Below are positions 51,817-64,000 of a stretch of DNA of 64,000 bases, piece by piece. The first letter of the stretch is position 1, and each line of letters starts with the position of its first letter. The position numbers and the translations under genes were made by a program. The DNA comes from Gonapodya sp. JEL0774 (taxonomy: Eukaryota): positions 62,001 through 126,000 of the forward strand of contig JADIIX010000043.1 in NCBI GenBank assembly GCA_027604505.1, in the 5' to 3' direction. The notes under the pieces were generated by a model. That model worked only from the letters and a program-made list of their open reading frames with translations, made no database searches and was not told where the DNA came from.

Positions 51817-53120
51817 ATGGCGTGGCGGTCCTCGGGGGTGTCGAACGCGGACTTGGTAGATAACCTCAAAAGTAGGATGACTCAGTGCAAGTCACCATTG
51901 GCATATTCGTGATATGGACTCTCCGGTGGGCCTGCCAATCAGAGAATAACATCGTCAAACACTCACGAGTTGAAAATGCTATGCGTTCTGTAGATAGAGT
52001 AAGTTCTAGATGAACTGACTGTGGGACAGATATCCATTTCTTCACCTTCCCTCTGATGTGCATCACCCCGATTCTGGATAGGCGAAATACGCTCCTGACG
52101 TTTCTCGCGCGTATGACGACGCTCCTCAGCCTATTGGATATGGTAAAAGTGTCCCACACCCGCTGACACAATACCGAATTCATAGTTCACATGCACACCC
52201 CAGCTGCAACCATCTCAGCGCCGCATATGCATGCATATATGCTGATGGAGTAAGTGTTGTGGTCATTCACGTGGACTGACCTTTGTCACTTCTTTATGAG
52301 CGTGGAGCCATCGTTTTTGACGGATTGTCTCCACCTCGCCCCTAGACTGGAGCCTTATCTTCAGCCAGGAATGAGGGTGTTGGACGTTGGGTGTGAGTTA
52401 TTTTCAGCTCTAAGTCGTTAATCATTGTAAACGGAGAGCGTGCGACACGAACATGCGGGCTCGACGTCGATCCTCACATCTATTCCGTCACCTAATCTCA
52501 CAATAGCTGGCTCCGGGTATCTCTCAGCATGTATGGCTGAGATGGTTGGTCCCACTGGCCTGGTCGTCGCCGTTGAACACATTCCAGAACTTGCCAACTT
52601 GACACTCAAGAACATTCATTCCCACCAGCCAGAGTGGCTGAGGGACGGGAGGATAGAAGTGCATAGTGAGTGCAGGCAATTAGTCAGATATGGTCCTGAC
52701 TGTATGGATCAAGCGTCATCTTTTATTTGCGTTTCAGCTGCCGACGGCAGGTTGGGGTTCTCTGCAAAAGCGCCCTACGATGCCATTCACGTGGGTGCCG
52801 CTGCCCCCACCATACCGTGTGCGCTCATCGAGCAACTAAAATCTCCCGGACGCATGGTGAGGCTGCACGAGGCTCGCAGTGCACCCTGCATTGAAACTAT
52901 ACTTGCTGAATTAAGGTCATCCCGGTCGGAACCACCCAACAAGATTTGTACAGGGTTGAAAAGAGCGTATCTGGAGAGGTCAAAGAGGAGGAGCTGATGG
53001 GCGTTTTGTGAGTTGTTTTCCGTTCAGCTCTTTGCGACGACGAATCTCATGCCGTGACGGAACTTTGATTTGCCAAGGTTTGTACCGCTCACTGACAGGG
53101 AGAAGCAAATCAAAATGTGA
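51817..53120 (+). CDS. PCM1: Protein-L-isoaspartate O-methyltransferase; spliced
   Basis: MAWRSSG.SNADLVDNL, YDDAPQPIGY, ATISAPHMHA, RVLDVG/SGYL, VEHIPEL, APYDAIHVGAAA, QLKSPGRM, FVPLTD. Confidence 0.93.
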
Positions 53121-53240
53121 TACTTGCTCAACCCGGCTCGATCAACTTGTAGATAATCATAAAGTGTACATAGAAATGTGTGTTTTGCGTCTCTGTAAAG
53201 TGACACATTGTCGTCACCAAACTAGTCATCTACCAGTGCG

Positions 53241-56200
53241 ATGCCGAGCTCTACGAGCGATGGCGGTGGAACTTCAGTCACGACGATTTCTACCACGGGC
53301 AAAAGACGGCGACCCAAAGCATTTATCCAAGAGATGCAGACAGCGTCGCAACTTGCTGTGCTCGTGAAGGAACTGTCAGTCAACGCCCGCAAGGCGAGGG
53401 ACTTGAAGAGTCAGCAGGATCTCAACTCAATGAAAGTGTGTGAGCGCTGATCGAGAGTAGGGTCTCTTTGTGTGCCCTTTGCGTGGGTATTGATGACGGA
53501 TCTTGCATCTGTGTCTCTCGTTGAACGAAAAAGAGCCTTACAACGGCAATAAAGGATGAGGAAGAGCTGAGCATCCTTAAGTGAGATAATGGCGACTGAT
53601 TGGTGTGTGGAAAACTGGGCGCTGAGTGATTCAATCGGTAGGATGGAAGCTCTCGTTGGAATTATCAACCCGACTGCTCGAAGGCAGCTTGGTGGGTCTA
53701 GCGGTGACAAAGCGTCTACTTGGATAACTCGAAATGAAATTGTTCGCTCTTAGTGCGCAATCGTCTGTTGGACCGAATGACGGATGAGAAGGGTGGGCGC
53801 TACAGCATTCCATTCCCTCCCTCATGCAATTCTGAAGCTACATCTTCTTATAGAGCTAGCGAACGCAATTCAAGTACAAAAAGACGAGTTCCTGCAGTTC
53901 GTTTGGAAACGGCGCGTTGAGGCCCGTGGAGAGACACGGCAGTTGTTCCACGGAAGCACGTCGGCCGCCACCGTCGCCCAAAAGCGGCTGGGCGATATGC
54001 TGGCTCAAGCAAGTCTCGAGACTCTGCGATCATTTGAGGTCAGCAACAGGGCAACTCTTTGTAAATATGGTATAGATTCGGGGCTCATTGAGCAGGACGA
54101 CATCGATTCTTTCTTCCTTCCAAAGGTACTTGACGTTTCGTGTAGAATTTATCAATTCTTGCTATACCAGACGTCTTCCGACCAGGTCCGTCTGTGTAGC
54201 ACCGATCCGCGCGCCGTGTTATCACCATCGCGCCTTTCTTTTCGCCTGATGGATACCAACAGTGGCGCATTCGACTCATCAGATCGGAGTTGGGTTACCG
54301 TTACGGCCACAACTGGACTGAACATCGTCAGACTCCTTCAACGACCGATGCTTCGTAGATTAGTTCTAAGGGCAATCGAGCAGGTAGCTCTGGGTGATGC
54401 ACCACCGAGACGAGCGTCCATGATACGATATGAGGGTATGAGTACTTCGATGGGAGGCACTCAATCTAGTACGTCGTTCGTACACGTTTTAGCTCATGTC
54501 TTAGACGCTGTTCATCCTTCTCATGAGCTGCCGGCGTCTGTGTTGGCGTTCCCTCTCTACGCGCCGATCATCCTTCGGAGGCGACTGTCCGCGCTTGGAT
54601 ATGATTTGCGGTCTGCGCCGGAAGATGGAAGCTTTGATGCGCGCTCCGCGCTCGACATTCTCAATCAAGTAGACGCAAGACTGGGCAGAAGCATGCGGTT
54701 TTATTTCGAGCTAACAACGGGGACTGATACTGAGTGGATGGTGTCGTTTGTGCCTTCAAAAGCGACTAGCTTTGCGTCACAAGGGAGTGCATTTACCCTG
54801 ACATGTGACGGAGTGGGGCTTACAGCTGCTTGGGATGCTAGTGTGATTCCGTGAGTCGACACTTTCACCTTGCCTTGGCTTTGAGTCTGATTCTTGCACT
54901 CCAGGCTCAACATTTCTGTACCGGCTGACCTCTTACGAACTTCTTGGGGTTTCTTGTTGGACGCCTTTGATGGATCCATTGCTGTTCTAGGAGATCGAGG
55001 TTCATTCACACTTGTGTTTGGTGAAGGCTCCCTGTACTTTCCCCCTTCGATTCAAGAAGAGCAGAGGGAAATCATCACCTCCAACGAGCTGATACCAAAC
55101 CTTAGCTTGAGACAGTGTGCGGAAATGAGATGAGACGCTTTTCGTGGTTCTTCCTTCTCGAAGTCAAATTATATTGTATCCATGTAGCCGCTGTCCCCTC
55201 AGTCGATTCGAGCAACAAACCCGGCATGCAAGTTAATTTTGGAGAGAGCGTCTTTGCATTCGATGTCGGTGGTCAAGCACAGCCCTTCAATAAGATTGTT
55301 GAGTATGTCATTCCGAAGAGCTGTAAGTTAAAAGCGCTCGGCGTTTCTCTCACGGGGTCTCAGTCAACGAGGGTTTTTTCGCAGATCTGGGATCTGACTT
55401 AGGTGAAAAACAAATTCGTGTTTCCGGCGAGGCAACAGCAGAAGAAGAGGAGGAAAAGTTGCAGATGGTTGTTATTGCTAGTCAGCCCTCTGGTCTGCTT
55501 CTTGAAGCTCATAACATCCTTCGATGTAGGCCCTTGAGAAGGCCTTCCTCCGAGCTGTACAGACGCACGATAACCTTCGATCTTTCTCGCAGTACCCACC
55601 AAACATCTACAGGCGGTCACTTTGTGCTACTGTGATCCAGAGGGCTTGGAGACGACACAGAGGTCGCCTATTGAGACAACACTTGAGGCAACAGCAATAC
55701 GCCGCCGCAACATTGATACAGCGCCTTTGCAGGAGGTATCTGAGGAAACTGCGGCACCGGAAGGAGCAGGCATGCAAAATTATCCAAAGGAACTGGCGCA
55801 GAAAGCTCTTTATCTGGGTTGCGCTGCTGAGTCCGTTTGCAGACAAATTATTGTTGTTTCTCAAATTTGACAGATTTTACACTTCGGGTTTGCCTTTAGG
55901 AACGAAGTACCAAACATCCATTCCACAGATGCATCATGCAGCAGCACGTATACAAAGACGATACCGCCAGTGGGCGCTTTACAAGAACTCACCAGTGGCT
56001 GCAATCTACCGTCGTAAAATTGAAGACATAATTGCCACAGTCAACAAGATCTGCGCCTGGTGGCGGCCTCTTTACCGTAAGATTGTTGAGCAGAGAGCGC
56101 TACAACAGGTAACGTTAGTTTGGAGGCATATTATTTGGTCCGTTACTAAACCGAGTCACGACATCCGCTCAGAAACATAACGCTGCAACGACCATACAAC

Positions 56201-56791
56201 GAGTGTGGCGAGGTGGGAGCCACCTCTAATTTACATATCGAATTGAGAGCCTAATGTCAATTATTGTTGTAAAGGCCATTACCTTCGGCAACTCCTGAAA
56301 CCAGAACTGAGAGAACGCCTGAGTGTATTAGGCGAATCAATAAGGAAACACAGGAGTGATTTGACGAAGTATCATGGTGAGTGGACTAGCAGACCTCGTG
56401 GGGTTAGGGTATACACATACAGGATCTTTTTCTTTCCACAGGCGCTTTTGTCTTGCAACGAGCTTGGCGGAGCTACCAACTAAAACGCGTGCGGTCCCAG
56501 AAAATTAAGATTCGCAATTTGGCAGCCACAAGAATACAATCTCTTTGGAGGGGTTATTGGGTGCGTTCACGTGGGTATTCTTCGCAAACTTTGCACCAGG
56601 ATGAAAGATACTAGTTGTTTTGGCTATAACTCTTCCGCCCGTTTCTTGTCTCAGATATTCATCTTCGTTTCTCATACGGAGAGAGTGTTTTCCTGTTCGG
56701 AATATCCAAAGCGTTAAAGCAATGTAACTATATGCTCAAACTTTTTAAGCCGACCGGGATTGTATGTCCGAAGGCGGCCATTATTCTTTAG
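53241..56791 (+). CDS. Large protein with a SPRY-like segment and multiple IQ calmodulin-binding motifs; spliced
   Basis: QVNFGESVFAFD (SPRY-like), then IQRAWRRH, IQRLCRRY, IQRNWRRK, IQRRYRQW, IQRVWRG, LQRAWRSY, IQSLWRGY. That this is a single gene is inferred. Confidence 0.6.
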
Positions 56792-56855
56792 AATGTGTAT
56801 CGTGGGATTGGAGGTGTCACAGAATGCGGAGTTACTACTGTCACAGCCTTGAGCA

Positions 56856-58866
56856 ATGAGCACCCTTGAATCGGAAGCTCACTCGCGGCTAAGACTACAA
56901 TGGGAGATATCTTCCATCAATCCTGAATCGGACAACAATATCAAGGAGGCAGATCACGCTTCTTCGTATCATGAATGGAAGAATTCTGACGAAATCGAAA
57001 CGATTCAGAATGCACTTCTCAAATGGTACGATGATTCTTTTGCGTCGGGAACACAGAGGAATATGCCTTGGAGAATTCACGACACAAAAGTGAGGTTGGA
57101 TCGGTTAGTTGGTTGTGTTACGTATGGTGTAGACGGTTTCTTTTCGACCGTAGGAGACGACCACTAAGTCAACGGATCAACGTGCTTATGAAATTTGGCT
57201 TTCAGAAGTGATGCTTCAACAGGTTCGACAAAATCGAACGGTGGTGGGACATCATCCGGTGATGACACGTACATCTGGCATTGTGTGACAGACTCAGGTT
57301 GAACGAGCTCGTCCTTACTTTATGAAATGGATTGAAAAATGGCCCACCATCAAGGATCTCGCCGAAGCCACCGAAAGTGATGTGCGAGCTCTTTGGTGAG
57401 ACTTGTTGGCCAAATTCAGCTCGTGGTACTGACGGAAACATTTTGACTTAAATGCGCATTGAGAGGTCTGGCCTTGGGTACTATACTCGAGCTACACGAC
57501 TACTTGATGCTGCCCGTCTTGTAGTCGAGAAATTTGAGGGGAAGCTCCCGGAGAGCGTGCAAGTATTGCAAAGAGAGTTGCCTGGAATCGGCCGGTACAC
57601 CGCTGCTGCAATAGCTTCGATAGCTTATGGGCTGCCCACTGCTGTTGTTGATGGAAACGTTGTGAGGGTTTTGTCGCGGTTGAGAGCAATCGGCGGAGAC
57701 CCAAAATCCAAGTCCGTGGAGACCTTGTTTTGGTGAGAAGATTCGCTGAACCTTCTGTCTCACATGTCAACCTCATTGAATCGCTTCAAGGAGTCTTGCA
57801 TCCGCTCTCCTATCGCCTTTTCGACCGGGAGCGTTTAACCAAGCGCTCATGGATCTCGGAGCAACTGTGTGCACGCCTCGTAGGCCTAACTGCAACGGAT
57901 GTGTTCTGAGAAATGTTTGCAGGGCCAGGGCAGAAGAAGTCGCTTTCAGCCAAATATCTACTCCTACTGATATAGAGGATGGTAAGAAATGTGTCATTGC
58001 TCGGGATACTGCAGATGTCTAACTGTACATTCGTGCCTGAACTGGTGCTTATAGTGTTGCAGTCGGTCTGCGAAGAGAAACCTGTTGAGCCGTGTAGACT
58101 GTGCCCTTCCCCTTCCTCCATCTCCCAATTGTCACACAACCCATCTGTGTATCCAGCGCCACAGAGAAAGTCTGCACGTCCCACACGCAATTACACTATC
58201 ATTGTTGTTGAGCGCATTAACCCCGACGGAGAAAATGAAATCAGGATCCGAAGACGCGAAGAAGGTGGTCTCTTAGGAGGATTATGGGAATTCGCGATGA
58301 TTGAAAAGAGCAGCTCCGGGCAGCTCCATGAAGGAATGAGCGACATGCACGATCAGAATACCGGGGGGAAACGAAAACGGACTGGTGGTGACATGGGTGC
58401 GACCAAGGGAATATCTCAACACGCAGGAAAGGCCGAATTTAATGCGCCTCCAACACCTGGTAGTTCTGATTGCCAGCGACATGCTGCAAGTTCAGCCGTT
58501 CGGGACCTACTCAAAATCGAAATCGGAGATTTTGGATGTTCAACTCCAAAAAACATTCTGTCTGGCCGCCCCAATGAGTACACCGTCTCTTCATGTGAAC
58601 AACTGGGCAACGTGACCCACGTTTTTTCCCATCTTGCTTGGAAAATGGATGTGGAACATTGGGTTGTGGTCACAGCCTCGCCTGAAAAGGACCTCACGGA
58701 GGACGGATTTGCCTGGGTGAAAGCAAAAGAATTGGACAAATTCGCCATGGGTAATGGCATGAGAAAGGTTTGGAACATGGTGGAGGGAAAGGAGTCTGAG
58801 AAACAGGAGAAAACAAATCCGACTAAAAAGAAAAAGGGTACCGCAGTTTCGAGGAAGAAGTCTTAA
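56856..58866 (+). CDS. MUTYH: A/G-specific adenine DNA glycosylase (MutY/MUTYH); spliced
   Basis: RNMPWR, AYEIWLSEVMLQQ, GLGYYTRA, HhH LPGIGRYTAAAIASIA..VDGNVVRVLSR, FNQALMDLGATVCTP..PNC..C, GLLGGLWEF, HVFSHL. Confidence 0.93.
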
Positions 58867-59607
58867 TCCAGTGTTTTTTGTGGACCTTTGCAGATAGTAT
58901 CAGGTTTATGAGATCCTTTACCCCTACTTGTCGTATTGGGTATCGGACAGTGGAGTGGTTTGAGTTCACAGTCTCAGTGAAACCGCGCCGCTCACTGAGG
59001 ACTCATTTTGTGCTTGCAAAGCGCTTTCCTGGCATCCGTGATCTGTTCCCAATAATGACTAGAGATCCAGAGTCACCATGCGAAACCTGGAGTCCTGGAC
59101 TTTTGGAGTACTCTAGCCGTTCCCCGTGGCGACAGCATTCAAAGAGCATGTACGAAAGTGCCGGGTAAATGGTTGTGAAATTCGCTCAATACAAACATGA
59201 CTATGATTTCAGCAGCAGTAACCCACAATGGCCTTGCACTGACACCCGACAGTGAACCAAGTTTTCCAACCGGGCAGCCGCCGGTACATTGCATGTCGGA
59301 CGGAGATGTGGACTTCAGTGCAAAAGCGCGGGATAAAAGGTAGAATTCATTATACGCATCGGATGGCGATGGGCAGATTCGCAGTTCAGTTGTTGGTATA
59401 ATCCGTGATACTGTCTATGCAGCAAAAAAGGGACATTCATAAACTAACCATGCTTGATCTCTTTCTGGTGTACTGGTCCAACGCCAGTTTACAATACTCC
59501 ACATCGTCTTCTTGATCCGTTCTGGTACTTCCGTCCCTTCAATTGCTGTTGTTTTCCCCTCAGATGCCATCCCGGTTGTCACCTCGAGTTGATTTGTCCA
59601 TTTCCTG

Positions 59608-61649
59608 TCAACTGATATACAACCGATGTACTCCCGTCTTTCCCAGCTTCTTCCTGCAACAAGGGCACTCCCTCCTCACCGTGAACGCCTGGTCCAGACA
59701 CGCACTGCAAAACACGTGCCCACAGACGGTACTACTCAATGGAGTGCTCGCGCCAGGCGTGGCGAGACATATCGCGCATTTTATCACACCCGGCGCTTGG
59801 GGCGGATCGGCAGGTAGCGCTGATTGAAACATGGCGAGAAGCCGCGCGGCAGTTGCGGAATTCTGGTGCGAACTTCCAGATGGAAAGGGTGCAGTGGCTG
59901 GACCAGGTGGGCGGACAGGTAAAGTAGAAGACACGATGACAACATCTTCATCATCCGTATCAGGTTGCGGGATAGAGGGCAGTCGTGCGAGAGGAAGTGG
60001 TGATCGGGGACCAGTTCTTTGGGATGATCGATTCGACAAGCTGCGGACCAAGCTTGCGGCGAGCGACGCAACGCCGTCTGCAATTATCACAAGGGTTTAG
60101 GACGTGTACATAACAGGCAAAAAAAGCGTGACGTATGTTAGTTGCGACACGCAACTTGCCAACGTTGAAGTTACTTACCGAAAGTTCGCCATCCTGGCGG
60201 TCGGTTATCACTGGCATTGCTCCCAGTTCGACCGGCCCCCGCAACCACTACGTCGCCATCTTCCGTTTCATCTCTCCCGCCTTCGTTTCTTGCAGTCCTC
60301 TGGACCACTCCAGTGCTCAGTTCGTCATCATCGTCGTCCCCAGTCAAATCGACCGCATTGTCAACCTCCGCACTTTCTCTCGCGTAAATTGCACCTCCAG
60401 CTATGGTCGAGTTGGATCCGGATCCCGCAAATCTGCGCTGCAATGCGTATGGCCGTCCACCTGCAGCCGCATTTGTGTGGAAATGATTATGCCGCAAAGG
60501 ACCACCCCCAAATCGTACTGTACTCCCTGCTGGAGCGACCGGCGACGAGAGTGATGTGGAAGAGCCTGTAGAGGGTATGCGAACTGCGTGCGTGGGGATC
60601 GGCAGGCGCCGGCGGGTGCTTCGACGAGCTGTCAAGCGATTGGCGTCCAGCCCCCCCGGGTCAGTGTCGGACCCCCTTGGACCACTATTGTCACTAATAT
60701 CCTCGTCATCACTTGAAAGGACGATGACGTCGCTTTCGTGATCCCAGTTGGCGCGAGTCAGCTGGGATGTTGGTCGTGATGAAAAAGTCGACGCTGGTCC
60801 ACCGACAGATGCCAAAGATGCGCGCACCGTGGCATTAGACGACGTAGACGACGAGGATGGAGAAGGTGGAGGCGGAGGCGAAGGTGGGTTGTAATTTGAA
60901 ATGAAGCCAGATGAACCGGAGGGAGGTGGAATAGGAGCGGAATCAGGGTTGACGGGGCGGGGGCTGAAATGCATATGAGCTGGCAGTTGACTGGGATAAA
61001 CCTGTACACCGCCCCGGCGCCAAGTTGTTGAGTTGGAATGATGAGCCATGAACTGAGCAGCGCGGGAATAAGGCAAATCAACAATGTTCGATGGAGCCTC
61101 ATTAAGGTACGAGCGCCAATCCTCATCCCCGCCAGCACCCTGGTGATTGTATGTTGGCGTAGGTAGCGGATTGACGGGGGCTCTGGAACCGAAGGCTGAC
61201 GACGCCGGGCCGGTGGATGGTTGTACCAGTGAATCTGAGCGTATCCCAGAGGCGCCTTCGGCGCACGTGATATCCAAGTCATCGCAAGCCATCATATGAT
61301 ATTCAGGATGGAAAGGTTCCAAGGGAGGAGTGTGTGGGCCGGGCTCAACGTCGTCAAAGTCATGGAGAGGTGGGGAGGGGGGAGGGAAGTGAGATGGGAC
61401 CCGAAAGTCTTCGTCGACGGCGCCGGGGAACGGAGTAAAGTCGAAAGGCTGGTCGCCTTCCGCAGACCCATAGAATGAAGAATGGGGATGTTGGGTGGAA
61501 GAATCCGAATAAGACGAATTTTGTGGGGAGGTGCGACTAAGACGAGGTGGAGGTGGGGGGGATCGGGCGATCGAGCGAGATGTGGAAGCGTGCTTGGGTT
61601 TGACCACGAACGAGAGACGCATGCGAGTAGGAGGGGGGGGAGCTTCCAT
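59608..61649 (-). CDS. RING-finger protein with SUMO-interacting motifs (SLX8/RNF4-like); spliced
   Basis: C-terminal C3HC4 RING CAIC..STVCGHVFCSACL..CPCCRKKL..RLYI, and SIM-like motifs VIVLSSDDED, AVDLTGDDDD, DVVIVSS. Confidence 0.78.
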
Positions 61650-64000
61650 GACAGGAGTCGGTGAACGGGGAATGGGTGTTGCCGTCGTGGCCTGCAGGTC
61701 AGAGGACAAGGGAGGTGTAAGCTGGGACACCGGATGAAGGAGAATGAGAGGGGAAGAATGACGGCGAGACAGTGAGGAAGTGAAATAGCCAGCTGAGAAG
61801 TGAGGTGAACTGGAACGTGTGCCGTCCGGCCAATGTTTCGACAGACGGAGACGAAAGCCAACAGCCAGTCCCAGTGGCAATCCATCATATTACACTCTCT
61901 TGGTGTTGATTTGGCGTCTTTCATCTCATCTTTCCATGGTCGGCCGCCCCCTCAGATCTCCTCTCCTATGGGGAACTCACTTCCTCACGTTCCATTCCAC
62001 CTCTTTTCGTCTTGATATCGTTCTGCTCTATCTTTCCTGAAGTCTTGGGTCGGTAAGATGCCTTGGTTTGGGACAACGATTTCAAAGCCACGAAACTGTG
62101 GGCTTCCCGTGATTCGTTCGGGTGAACACATATTTTTGTATTGTCATTCTACACGGCAGCAGCGCGCCAGCGAGCAAAGTTAACCACATCCTGGATACTC
62201 TTGTGGGTAAAAAATCGGTTTCCGTCCCGATCGCCTGAAAATGAAGACGCGAGGTGTATTATCAATAGTCCTAACCCGGAGCGACCACCTGCTCCACGGG
62301 AAACGTATACCTTTCAATGACTACTGTCAATATACAAGGTGATTGATCCGCCCCGATTGTGGTAGCTCTTGCAGTGGCTGCGAAGGAGTCGGCGCTCCCG
62401 CATTAACGGCCCTTGATGGAGGACTTCGCCATTTCTCGCAATTGACTTTTTGCCACATATCAATACAGAAAGAATTGATCAAGCATTGATTTCTTGAGAC
62501 TATGTTTGCGTGGGATTGGCTGAGTTTGGCATGATATGGTTGGCATTCACCACAGAGAATCACCCTCCGATAATCCCATCCCATCTCTCCCAAGATGTGA
62601 CTCACTTGATGAGCCACCTTGGAGCTTGCATAGCTTCATTCAGGTTGTTCCGCTGTTCAGGCCATCCATTTAGTCTGTTTCAAGGAATCTGTCCGTTTTG
62701 ATGAATCTACTGATTTCGGATGCAAGCAGAGCATTTTGAAATCTGTGAAATGGCCAAAAAGCTCTGCGTCAATGCAAAAATACTAAAAGTAAGACAGATA
62801 GAGAAGCCCAAGAGGGTGATGAAATGGGACCTCAAGTAGAATCAAAGGTGATTCTCGAGTCATTCTCACAAATCCAGATGAGGGCCATATCGCTTGGGAA
62901 GCACACCAGAATCAGATGTCAACTGTCCATTATATAACACTGATCATGCATGGTATGACTGAATTACATAACTTATCAGTGCATTGATTATCTGACTGAA
63001 TGCTGAACAGAAGTGCCTCCAGATTCTAGGTCATTGAGTATTATATTTATAACTGATTGCTTCGGGCTTGCAATGAACCTTGATTTAACGAAGATCTCCA
63101 ACGGAACAGCGCGCTCAGACCTCTATGGAACCGTGAGTCTACTTTCGAAGAATTGTGTGCTTGTTTCTCGAATTCTGACTTTTTCACTAGCCATTCTTGC
63201 TTGCACATCGATCCTCTTAGTCACTCGCGAATACATAGTGGCTGGTCGCCCTTGACCTTTGAGCACTGTACCGCTCATCAGGATAGATTGATGCGAGTGG
63301 ATGTCCAAGCATGCAGGTATCATGTCATTCCTATGTCATTAGTAAGGCAACTCTCTGTATGTGTATGTGAAAGACATAATGCGTGCTGATCCTGTGAAGC
63401 TACTCTACATGGTCAACTGTCCACGTCACACCCGCCTGTCACTCCATCCTAACCTCGTTCATCGTCAGTGAATGCATTAATTGGCGTTCAACCTCCCAAT
63501 CGATCTGCCAGGCACCCCATTCAATCTGCCCATTGAACGACCCGGAGCTCCCCCTCCCTTCTTGAGGCCCATCCCTGTGTTGTGATGTCGTCGTAGAAGG
63601 TTCCATGAGTGAAGGAAGTCCTCAGATGGGCCTGTTGGATGCTCATACGACGGTGCTTGAACACGATTCAACGTGCCTGACAAAGTGGAGCGTGAAGTTA
63701 TGTGTGACTTTCTATTGAATAACCAAGTGCAGAACAATTGGAGTACTCACCGATAAACCATCCCGCAGCAACAGCCGCTTTCCTGAATGGATTGAAGCAC
63801 GATTGCAAAGCAAATGCAGAGTGATGACGACACGAAGCGTAGATTGGCGTGCACATAACATGGGCGGAGAATTTGATCAGCGGAACCATCAGATGAAAGT
63901 GAAGGACTTGTGCGAGGTAATGGCCGCGACGCAACACAGTGTGGTCCCAAACCAAAGCGACTCACCATTCTTTTGATAGTCCTTTCGGAACCCCCAGGGT

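Noticed and set aside
58880..59600. Possible extra small gene between MutY and the RING gene
   Set aside because: The exon-like fragments could not be joined into an open frame or matched to a family.

Overview
Gene-dense, intron-rich eukaryotic DNA, read by eye from GT-AG introns and conserved protein motifs. It looks fungal, and possibly an early-diverging lineage (inference only). About 26 spliced protein-coding genes were reconstructed. Housekeeping genes include TMA16, RAD4/XPC, the ADP/ATP carrier, mL41, LSM1, GDA1, PCMT, MutY, a SLX8/RNF4-like RING ligase and a RhoGEF. Three things stand out. (1) A very GC-rich island at about 8.1-15.8 kb holds a divergent amidohydrolase-3 / SMP-30 lactonase pair, followed by an intact haloalkane dehalogenase. 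Many introns in the island are G-rich at the 5' end and C-rich at the 3' end, so they could fold back on themselves. (2) A diverged, hairpin-rich tandem repeat of about 645 bp lies at 4.87-6.41 kb. (3) Smaller oddities include a sirtuin C-terminal relic, a ~130-aa insert or exitron in LSM1, and a GC-AG intron. No rRNA, tRNA, CRISPR array or intact transposase was recognised. CDS coordinates are gene spans including introns, and start codons are best estimates.
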